Translations under genes and position numbers: made by a program
Notes under the pieces: generated by a model
The model's database searches: none
What the model was told of the DNA's origin: nothing
Seen by the model: only the letters and a program-made list of their open reading frames with translations
NCBI GenBank assembly: GCA_022813965.1
Contig: JALDZS010000042.1
Span: 62,001 to 126,000 of the forward strand
Direction of reading: 5' to 3'
DNA from: Toensbergia leucococca
Lineage: Eukaryota
DNA length: 64,000 nucleotides
Part shown: positions 10,285 to 21,034 of the stretch, in pieces
Layout: each line of letters begins with the position of its first letter
How positions within the stretch are numbered: the stretch's first letter is position 1

Positions 10285-11943
10285 CTAAGCCGCCAAGTAT
10301 GGATGTATCTTCATTAGCCCAGCTTTGCCCGCCTCTTCAATTGCGTTGAGTAATCCGTCCACTGTCTCCCTTCGCGTGTCTCTATTTACGACCACCCTGA
10401 AAAACTTCCCCTTCACCCCTGACGCAAAGTCTATCATATACCCCTGAGTCACCAATTTTGCGGTAATCCTCTCCGTCGCCTCGGAATTTCCCTCAGCCTC
10501 GGGACACAACTTCTTACCGGGAGCGTAGTAGAAGCAGACTTGGAGGCAAGGGGGCGGGCTTGTGGACACGAGTTTCAGACTTGGATGGTTTGAGATTCGC
10601 GAGGCCATGTAGGTTGCTGTATCGAAGGCTCGCTCGATGTGTTCTGCGTGCCCACGTTTGCCGTAATAGATCCAGCTCAGAGCCAATTTGAGACTGTCCC
10701 CTCGACGGCCGCATTGCAGTGTCAAGTCTGCTAAGTCGTAAATATCCGCGTCTTCGTTTGTGCTAGGCCCATGATGGAAGAGATAGTCTGCTGCTGAGGT
10801 GTTGGATTTGTGAAATTGTCGCATATCTGCGCCCAATAGAAAGGAGCAGGTGATGGGTACGCCCATCTTTTTGTGTGGATTCAGACTAAGACTATCCGCT
10901 TTCTCAGGACCGGCCATTTTGTGCGCTTGTAAGGAGGAAAATATGGCTGGCCCACCCCATGATGCATCAATATGCAGCCAAATGCTATGAGTTCTACAAA
11001 ATTGTGCTAGCTCGGAGAAAGGATCATAAGAGCCCAGCACTGTAGAGCCAGCAGTCGCATTAACATAGATAGGGCTATAACCTTCGCGCTTGGCCCTCTC
11101 GATTTGAGAAGAAAGCTCCGAGGATATCATTCTTCCAGTCGCATCGACAGCTACAGTCCAGACAGAGGCACTGCCAAACCCAAGCATCTACGCTGCTCTC
11201 TCAATGCTATAGTGACCGTGGGCACTGGTGAACAAGACAAATCTACGATTAGAAGCGGAAATGCCATGTTCTTTAGTATCCGGGAAATGTGTGTTGCGTG
11301 CAATTACTATAGATGTCATGTTTGACGCTGAGCCACCTTGGGTAGATATACCGCCCGCGTGAGGGCCATTGAGTCCAAATAGATTCGCCAGTACACGAGA
11401 GGTGGTTTTCTCAATGATGGTAAGGACCGGTGAGACTTGATAAACATGAACGTTGGTGTTGAGACAGGCAAGTATAAGCTCGGAAGCTACCCTCACAGCA
11501 TTAGTGGAAGCGTATAGTTTATCAAGGAAGCCTTGGTCCCAGGTATTGACTGAGTATTGAAGAATCTTCTCTACAAATCTCATTAGACCGTCTTGGCCCA
11601 AGCCGGCCTTTGGAAGCTGCAAGTCAAGTAACTGAACAAGCGTTCGAGGCTCATGATGTTCAATCAGTGCTGTGCGAGGACCGCCGCCAGTGATTGCGAG
11701 GCCATGATCGGCCCCCGTGGTGGCTGCATCTTCATCTGTGGATCGTATATAGGGAATTAGGAGCTCTTGAACAGCATTGAGCAACTATCGCAATCAGCCT
11801 GGGACCTTCATGTATCAGCGTGCTTTTCTGGTGCCACGCTGTTCTTGCAGGATTTGACACACAAGGGCAACGTCGTCAGCGCGGGCTAAAACAGGATACT
11901 CAGGAGTCTGTCGAAATGGTAGGGTTGTGACATTTGCAGACAT
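10285..11943 (-). pseudogene. Group II PLP-dependent decarboxylase (glutamate decarboxylase-like) with in-frame TAG at 11188-11190
   Basis: Exon 1 (11943-11863), intron 11862-11785, then ORFs 11188-11784 and 10285-11187 in the same frame. Motifs: QGFLDKLY, HVYQVSPV, GGSASN, HYSIERAA*MLGFG, TAGSTVLGSYDP, HIDASWGG, NPHK (PLP Lys), QCGRR. Confidence 0.75.
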
Positions 11944-12003
11944 GATTTGCGAGGGATGAGTGGACGAGGGCAATGTAACCCCGATAAGAAAAAAGCAATT
12001 GAC

Positions 12004-12033
12004 TGTGTGATTGTGTGATTGTGTGATTGTGTG
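12004..12033. repeat. Short tandem repeat (TGTGTGAT)x3.75
   Basis: tgtgtgattgtgtgattgtgtgattgtgtg, about 60 bp upstream of the decarboxylase ATG. Confidence 0.85.
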
Positions 12034-12194
12034 TCAGGTTCTGCCTGAAGTCTGGTGTGGATTTTACTTTCTTCTTCGGTATTGCATCATTAGTGCATAC
12101 TAAATGCGTAACAATGGTAATATAACTGGAAGGGAGGAGCCGATATCCGTGTGGATCGAGTTCCTCGCATAAGCCTCCGCCGCTAATGATTGCC

Positions 12195-14221
12195 CTAAGC
12201 TGCACTGTTAATCTTCCGCTTGAATCTCTCCCTTGCAAGTTCAATTCCAGTCTTGGCCGCTTTGTTGCTATCGTCTTTACCACTCATCATCCACTCGCTT
12301 TTGCGGCTCTTAAAACCGTCCATTTTCCAATTCCTCCATACAGCTTTCCCTGGCAATGACCCTCTTAACACTGTCTCGTTCCGGAGCAACTCCTCAGCGA
12401 TCCGCTCTCTAATAAATGAGAGCCCATTAGAGGCAGTCCAGAATGAGTCAACTACATGTGACGCGATAGGATCAAGTGCTAGATCGATTACTTGGCTAGA
12501 AAATGCCTGTATAACCTTGCGGCGGAAGACAGGCGTCTGGTCAAGAGCAGTCAAAGAGCTTTGAAGTAAATGGGTTGCTGTTCGATCTTTTGCAATGAGA
12601 AGAAGCGCGGGCGTGTCCGTTGCAAGAATGCCGTCCGTGATGAGATCCCGCAATGCACCTGGTGAGTTGAGCATCCTTTGAGCCAATAAAGACCCATGCA
12701 CTTTTCCTACTTCGTGAGATTCCATTAGCATCTTACGCTCTTTAGCCGTATGTTCGATTTCATTTGGGACTAATCCCAATATCTTGCACAGTCTGGCCGA
12801 AGGCTCTTCGCCATAAGCTTGTTTTAACTCGGTTGCAATTGGCTGCGTATCTACCAGCCTTACTTGGCACCGTTCGATCAGCGATGTGATGACAGATATT
12901 CGTGAACGTTTGACGAGAATGGTTATATGAGGGCAGATCATCTCAACTGCATGCTCAAGATCTTCTTTGCTTAGTCTCTCCAGGATCTTTATCACGACAA
13001 AGCCAGCAGTATCGTTCTTCGCAAACATTCCAATTTTTTCCCTGAAAAGACTCCGATATAGGGACTTGAATGCCTTTCCTGGAGCAAAGCGTATGACAAT
13101 CTCTAATAGTCGTGAACCAACAGTATCAAAAAGTAAGCCATTTACAAATGAGGCGCTACTTGTCCCTTCTTCTACAGGATATTTAGGCAATAGTTTTCGG
13201 AATAGTGAATTTTCGTCTTTAGATTTTTGTTTCCCTGACTGTGAGAGCTCAAGCTCTAGTAGAAGCTGTAGGATAGGATTACCAATAGGATGCATAGCCA
13301 ATGCTCGAATGTGTGTAGTATCTAATGCAGCAATTGTTCCGGAGATCATTTTGTCCAATGCCTTGCGAAAGGATTCCGGTACGGCTCTTGATGTGATGTC
13401 CAATTCAGATAGCTTGGGAAGGCCACTAACAGTAATCTTCTCCTTCTTCTTGCTCTGGACTAATGAGTTGGTGCTGTTGTTCGCAAGTGCCTGTCCCGAA
13501 AGTACAACAAGGAGCACTCTCAAAGTATGTGATGCAAATGGATCCGTTACCAAATAGCCAAAGTTGCCTTCCAGCTCGTTGAGCGTGAACAAGAAGAGGT
13601 TCTCCATGGAGACATAGACGTCAGTAGTATCTGCTTTCCGCTGTTGTTCTTCCAGTGATGCTGTCAACTCTTGCGTCACTACAGGCGCAGATCGGAGGAA
13701 CAACGACTCGCAACAATGAGAAGCAAATCTATGCTGAGCAAGATGAAGGAAACTGCAAGCTTTAGACCATCATCTGCAGTGATCGAATCCATGGAGACTA
13801 CAACTTACTGTCCACTAAACTTCTGAAACAAGGCCTTGAGCTGGTCTGGTGTTGACATTAAGATCAGCCGTTCCATGAGCCGCGAACAGGACTGACTACA
13901 AGCAATCTTGAGTTCTTTGCTATTCGCTTCGCTATAGAGATTGGCAAGGAAGAGACTTCGCTCTTCATCATCTTTGAATTGATTGAGCTCCAGCAACGAG
14001 TCTGCACGTTTAAAGTATTCTTGCTCATCATCATCAAGTAGGCCGTAAAATGGGACGTCTTCTGGCCTAGACAGAACATCTTGTTCTTGGCCTAGCCGAG
14101 GGCCGTGGCCGTCGAGAGCGATTCCGGACCTTGGCCGCTTGGGTGATTTGCCAGTCTCTTGGACCTCTCGCTTTCGCTTTTTCTCTTCCCACCTACCACG
14201 TTTTTTGTTCTCTTGCGGCAT
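12195..14221 (-). CDS. NOP9: Nucleolar protein 9 (Pumilio/PUF-repeat 18S biogenesis factor), 2 exons
   Basis: MPQENKKRGR..., YGLLDDDEQEYF, KELKIACSQSCSRLME; intron about 13755-13808; then HRFASHCCESLF, DPFASHTLR, KAVWRNWKMD. Confidence 0.9.
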
Positions 14222-14561
14222 GTCTAATGACCCGAAGAGTCAATCGAGAGCTTGGGATTGAAATGTGGTAAGTCTAAATTGAATAAGTAAGATCGAGGGG
14301 TTTGTGTGAGCTCTTGAAATTGATGTTTCGGTTTGAGGTGCCGCGTTCTGATTGGTCAGCCTTGAGCTTAAATACCCGAGCGCCATGACGTCTACGATGA
14401 AGTCCAATCCAAACACGAGTAGAATATGAGTAATTTGACCATACATGCAACGCATTGGGCTTTCAATTTATAGGTAGGATCTCATTCCTCGAAGTAAGTA
14501 GCTAACAAGATCATTTAGCCCCTACCCAAACGCTAACTAAAGCTCTGCCCCAGACTCCAAT

Positions 14562-16404
14562 ATGCATGCAGTCCGCCCTAGACCGAGAGCCTTCGCAACT
14601 TGTAGACTATCTCGAAAACCTAGCGTCAATGGCACACGACAAACAGGCCATAGATGCATAACTAATCAGCAAACTAGTTTTCCTCGACAATTCGCTTTCC
14701 GAGATTCGAGGATACGCTTTCTCGGTGTAATCCTTGCCGTTGGCGCTGGGGCAGCCTTTTTCCATCATGCTAGACTATTACAACTCAGAGAACTCCATGC
14801 CGAATCACCCCCAGCTTCTGCAGAGATTAAGATCGAAGAGCCGAAAAGAAGAAAGGCCGTTTCCAAAGAAGATAATCGCGACCTCATTAGCTCACAGCAT
14901 CTGCAAGTCAAACGCAGCCGGGAGAACCCAGGTGTATACGCATGGGGCTCAAATAGCGGAAGAGTTGCTGCTCCAGATTCTGATGAATCTGTCATCAAAT
15001 CTCCCAGGCGGATCCCATTTTTTGATGGGCTGCTGTTACGGGATGTTAAGCTCGACCGCAATTTTGGGGCTGCAATCATGGAGAATGGAGACTTGTTACA
15101 ATGGGGAAATGCTTACTCAACAAATGTAACGTCGCCCACGCCTACGCTACAAGGGAAGGACTTGCTCTCAGTCGAGATCTCAAGAGACAGAGTCATAGCT
15201 TTAGGGTCCAATGGGAAGGTCTACTCGCTTCCCGTATCCCAAGCCGATCAAGCCAGTGGTCCTAAACCCTTAGAAAGCTCCTGGGTCCCGTTTCTGTCTT
15301 GGCGTTCTCCTATCAGCTATCGTACCATGCGGCCGCAGAACATGGGCTGGGGTGAAAAAATCGTATCCATCAGTTCAGGTCTTGAACACGTCCTCCTCCT
15401 TTCCTCATCCGGCCGTCTCTTTAGTGCTGCTTCCGGTAGCGAAGACTTCCCTTCTAGCGGCCAAATGGGTGTCTCTGGCCTCACGTGGGAGACCCGCCCA
15501 CCCGGTCCCTACGACCAACCCCACGAAATCACTACCCTCAGAGGCTTCGAAATCACCAAGATCGCAGCAGGGGACTTTCACTCCTTAGCGGTGGACAAGG
15601 AAGGTCGTGTCTTCGCCTTCGGTGACAACTCTTCTGGTCAACTTGGTTTCTACTACAGTTCCGAGTCCACTTGCATCGATACACCAGCACTTCTTCCCAT
15701 CCAAAAGCTCTACTCCGGCACCTCACAGAGTCCTAGTGTCACCTCCGTGACCGCTGGAGGCGCCCTCTCTTTTTTCACTATTGATGCCACCCGTGTCGCC
15801 CGCCAAGGCGAAGATCGTAGCACTCAAACTCAGGGTCTCGGCCGCGTGACTGCCGATACATGGTCCTCGGGATCAGGCATTCTTGGTAGACACCAATTTA
15901 CTTTTGAGATCATGCGATTACTACGCTAACACCTATTTAGGCAGCCTAGGCAACGGAAGATGGACGCACAGCCAAGGCAAGCCTTCCAAGGTCAAAGCTT
16001 TGAGTGGCCTCTTTGAATACGACGAAAAGCACAACACGGTGGTTCCGATCCGGCTAAAACGCCTTAGTGTGGGCAGCACTCACGCTAGTGCCGTGATGGA
16101 TAATGTGACGCATGTGGGAGCGTCGGCGCATTCGTCTGAGAATGACACCAATTGGGGGGCGGACGTTTTGTGGTGGGGTGGCAACGAGTATTTCCAGTTG
16201 GGCACTGGGAAGAGAAGTAACGTCAGCCAACCTGTGTATATCCCTCCACTGGATGTCACGGCGGATAGGGATAGGGGCAGACGGGAGGAGCATCGATTTC
16301 AGATTACACCGAGACATCAGGTGAAGGTGGGTGGCAGGAGGGTCAGTATGGAGCAGAGAATCGAGTGCGGGAGATATGTCAGCGCGGTGTACTCAGGGGT
16401 CTAA
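14562..16404 (+). CDS. FMP25: Mitochondrial RCC1-repeat protein Fmp25, 2 exons
   Basis: Arg-rich presequence, TM segment, ENPGVYAWGSN, RCC1 motifs (SGLEH, AAGDFHSLA, FGDNSSGQLG, GGNEYFQLGTG). Intron about 15886-15940 (GTAGAC...GCTAAC...TAG). Confidence 0.85.
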
Positions 16405-16695
16405 GTGTGCCTACTGTTATTTCTGTGAGCGGTGGATTGCTGGGGTACCTACCTTGCATCGCGTGGAGAGACACTCATCTTATTTGAAATCATTGATCAT
16501 AAGAGCGAGTTGAGGAACGATCAAAGCGACTGCTACAACGTGCAAATCGGGTATGATTCGTATCGCTCATCTCCGTCATTTCATCACCCGAAAGCCAATC
16601 TTACCAGTAGAAAAACTGCAAACCCTAATGGTAACTTGCTGCCGCTGAATAGCACCCCACGCCAAAAGAAACTAAGGATTGTTTGTTTGTACCTG

Positions 16696-18402
16696 TCATC
16701 GCCGCGACACATCCACACTCGAGCTCCTGGCCGAGTCAAGGCTCCCTCGCACCATCGAACTACTGCTGGAGCGACGTCTTTGGCGTCTCGTTTCATTCGG
16801 GTCCGTCGGGTGGAGTCCACTGGCGCGAGCGAAGAGGTTGAGGATATCAGTCAAAGAGACTACCCCAGACAGACGACCAGACATGTACGCGCCAGGTAAT
16901 GCCGATGCGGAGACGGACGGAGAGGATGACACTGGGAAAAAGGGCGGAGACGCTTGAGGTAAGGAGGAGCTATGATGGGGCGGGTGAAGAACGGCTGGTT
17001 GGGCGGCGGGGGTAGGCGGGCCCGAGGAGGATGGGGAAGGAGAGTCAACGACCCACATTCTGGTGTAAACTTTTAGTGTCATTCTCCAAGGTGAATAATG
17101 AACTTACCTATGGGCTTTTGTGGCTACAAGCTTGGCAACGGTGTGTGCTAGGGTTGAATACGGACTGACATGGAAGACTGGGAAGGAGTCTTTGCCGTCG
17201 TTCATGCCACGTGTGGATAGTATTACCGACACAAAATGAATACATGAATTCTCGAGCAAAGGCGCAGAGCTGACTTTGGTTAAGAGCTCGGTATCATTAG
17301 TATTAGCAACATGAAATTTCACAGTAAACTTACTTTGACGTCCGTGTCCGAGATGTTGCCCACCACATTGTATTGGTTGTCAACAACTGCCAAGGAAGTG
17401 ACTCCCTCGCTGTTCATCCGCTTGAGTGCTTCCTTGAGAGGTTTATCACCACTGCAAGGTGCATGTTATCAGACCATGTGTGGAATTTTGTCCATACTGC
17501 AAGCTATGACTTACTTGATGGAGATCACTTGCTGAGATCCGATGCCAAGATCCTTGATATACTGAGGATATAGCTCATTTATTGAAGGGAAGCTACGCCC
17601 ATTCTCCCAAAGGAACTTCACTAGCCTCAGCTGGCTCAAAATTCCAATGACCTTGTCAGTGCCCTCTCTGACAACCACAATTCGATGGACTCCCCCTCCG
17701 AAGGTCTCCACAGCTTTCGTGAGGTTGACTGTATGCGGCAAGGTGGAAAATGGAACTTTCCGCCCCAGTCGTTGTGCATCGTGAAGAGGTATTGTTTGGC
17801 CCTGTTGTGCTTTCTTTGCAAGTTCTTGAAAAATTGATAGATGGTCTTCGTCAGGATATAGCTGTCCAGTAGCGAATAGGAGGTATTGGGTAAGGTCTCC
17901 GTAATCGAATGTTCCAATCGCAGAATCCGCTGTGGGGGATGAGCGGATCAGCAGAACCGGCGCACCAGAATCCGTCAACAGCTAGAATAGCTATCAGAGA
18001 CGTAAATGATGAGAAACTTTGGCTGGATTAATATCCTACATTGGTAGCAGCCTCGACGCCAGTATCGAGCTCCACAAAGCGTAGATCGTCTTGATTGACA
18101 AGTTCATCAACGGTAATGGTCCGCCAGTCGCGTCCAGCAAAGGCAGGATCAGCTGTGCCGGCAGTTGGTGGATTATTCAGAAGCTCTTGCATCTGCGCCT
18201 GAGAAAACGAAAGGTTGCGGCTAGCTCGGGGAGATGGTGGAAGACCGCGAAGCTGGTCCGAAAAGCTTTGGCGATGGCTCGCATTAGAAGTGGATGTCCC
18301 ATGACCTAAGCGCAGGGAGGGCGTTCGAAGTATGGGGGAGCGTGAAGTCTCACTGGAAAGAGAGGCCGTGCTGGAGCCATTCTTGGGGGGATCCCCAGAC
18401 AT
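16696..18402 (-). CDS. SDS23: CBS-domain protein Sds23/Sds24/Moc1, multi-exon
   Basis: MSGDPPKNG..., [96 protein letters not shown]. Confidence 0.85.
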
Positions 18403-20059
18403 TGCGAAGGTGTGGCAAGATGCAGAGATAATTTTATAAGTCGCCAGATGCTGCAATCGGGAAAGGGACGAATGAGGCAAAGCCAAGCTACGGGAGGAGG
18501 GGGGAGGGGGGCTTTCGCTTATTCGGCGCCTTCGTGAATGCACGGTTGCTTACCTAAAATCACATCGACTCCCTCGACACCGCAACGACTCTTCTTACGG
18601 CGTATCACTGCATGAACTCTCTCGCTGCCACTGGGCCGTCGTGGTCTACGTTACATGCCAATCACACTCGAATGTAGTCCTTCAAGCGGGCAATCTACTG
18701 ACGATGAAAATGCAAATCTGCATTTATCTGTGGTCATCATCAATAATCTCACCTCAGCACCAGCAAGTCCACGATTCCTACTCAGCGAGTCAGGCTATTC
18801 GGGTAAAGAAATTACACAAATGGGAAGGATTGACCTTGGCTATTCGCTTACATATTTACAAATGAAGGATGATTAGGTATGGTCCTCCACAAAAAGACTA
18901 GGTAAGGACTCGGAGTTAGAGGTGCTGCAGTCACAACGTTCAATTAAGCTTGAGGTGCTTGAGAGACAAGAATTTGAATAGGGACCCTGCGCAGAGTAGG
19001 GATCATGTTGTCACCAATTGATGACGAGCTTCAGTGGGATGGCCTGCCTGTAAGGCGCCGTCAAAGTGCGGGGACGTGGACGGTTATGATTTGCCGGGCT
19101 TTGACTTACACTCGTCCATCATATCGATATCATTCATACTGTACCGTGCTCACTAAGCAGTCCTTTAGTGGAAGGGTGTCAATCTCGAAATAGGTATCTA
19201 ATGCGTACCTGGTCTAGAGGTAGAGTAGAATAATGGGCAAATCGCTGGCTCCAGGTGATGAAAGCAATGGAAGAAAGACATGATCCATCATGAGTATTCT
19301 ACTAGCATGTTGAAATTAGAAATCGAACGGCAATAAGCAGTGATGCGAAGAGTTGATGTCCCACATGGATGAGTAATCCAAAAACCTAGTATTATAGCTG
19401 GTACCCTCGGTCGAACTCGAGGGGTGATTTCTCATCGACTGGCTGATCAGACAATACTCCTGATTGATCCTTTTCTTCGCCACTTTGAGTCTGGACACTT
19501 CATTTGGACGAAGCTGTTCTTGACCGCCGCCACCGACCGGCGATCACGACGATGAAAATGCCTCAGTATTGCAGCTCGTACATTGAAAGTGTGCGATACC
19601 GAGTCAACCGAATCATCGGACTAATTCTATCCAGCGAGCAGCCAACAACGTCTGGTGCCAGACTGCCAGGGGGGGCATGACTCAATGCGCCCCTAGGACA
19701 AAGGACTACTAACATGCTTTCACTCGACGGGTTATTCCCGGGCCTGCATGCGCAGATGTGCGTGATACCTTAACATAAGGTACTCGGACTTACCAAAGCC
19801 TACCTTAGCATACTACGACCTGGAAGTAATATGCTGACTCGGATGCTGCATGTGCCTTGGCTTCGTCCCAAACCTTCATATGTATCTTTGCAATTCCACC
19901 ATACCTACTCATACCGTTTTTTATTCCTACGGCTTGCGGCGTTGAATCCTTCCAGTCCCACCCTCCATACTAAAAGCTCGTGTCAACAACTTTCTCCCAG
20001 CCCAGCCTTTTCAATTCATATCTCAACCTCCAACATACAATTAGAAAAAACACCTGCCT

Positions 20060-21034
20060 ATGTCGATGATGCAGTTAACCCCACCCCTCGATGGTGACAA
20101 ACGCAAAAGAGTGGGCAAGGCTTGTGATCGATGCAGGCTAAAGAAATCAAAGGTGCCAGCCCAGCCACGCACTCCGAATTACTTCATGGCTCATCTAACC
20201 TTCTAGTGTGACGGATCGAAGCCTTGCAGTCGATGTCGCTCGGACAATGCTATATGTTTCTTTGGGGAACGAAAAAAAATAAATGACCGAGTCTATCCCA
20301 AAGGGCGAGTCATTCGTTATCCGTTGATGATCTACCCCGCTAAATCCAAAAGCAACAGATACGTGGAGATGCTTGAGCAGCAACAGATTCAACTGGTCAA
20401 TGGTCTCCAAATACTATATAAACAGAATGTTACTGGGGAGCGCTGGAGCGGCGCCCCTCTAAAGGACTCCTTCAAAGGTCACCCGCTCACCCACGACATC
20501 CTCGAGAAGCTCGGGGTCTTAAAACTTGACGCTCATGCTAATTTTGGAGGCTTCGAAGACGATCTGGATACTATGCAACAAAGACTGATCGACGGCGGAG
20601 CTGAGTTGATGCAACGACAAGGCTCTGTAGACTCTGAGTCAGACCATGGTCAAAGCCTCATGTCCTTCCTCGAGTCTGAATCTCCTCAATCGCCCAACGA
20701 TGCTTTCGGTCAATCTCAACTTCCTACCCCTCCGGTATTGTCACAGACATGTCGTTCAGAATCACAACATTTACTTCAAGGCTCATACATGGGATCACCA
20801 GCCAGTGTGGATCCTTCGGCGCTACATGAATCGCCGTGGGCACAATCACCGATCAATCACAGAGATACCATGGATTTCCTACAGCCTGATAACTCTTCGT
20901 GTCTTCATTCTTTGAGATATATGCAACCGTGCAACCAGAGTCCGCTTATGGTAACGCCTGAACTTTGTACCGATTGGCCCGATTGGACCGACGATGATCT
21001 TTACGCTGTTTCGGGTAATGGAACCTTGGTCTAG
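20060..21034 (+). CDS. Zn(II)2Cys6 transcription factor (Fcr1-like), 3 exons
   Basis: Spliced product KRVGKACDRCRLKKSK|CDGSKPCSRCRSDNAICFFG...YPKG|YVEMLEQQQ, later GHPLTHDILEKLG. Introns 20153-20206 (GT-AG) and 20305-20358 (GC-AG). Confidence 0.85.

Noticed and set aside
11171..11191. 21-nt GT...AG mini-intron that would remove the decarboxylase TAG
   Set aside because: Too short, has no branch point, and would delete the conserved-looking MLGFG residues.
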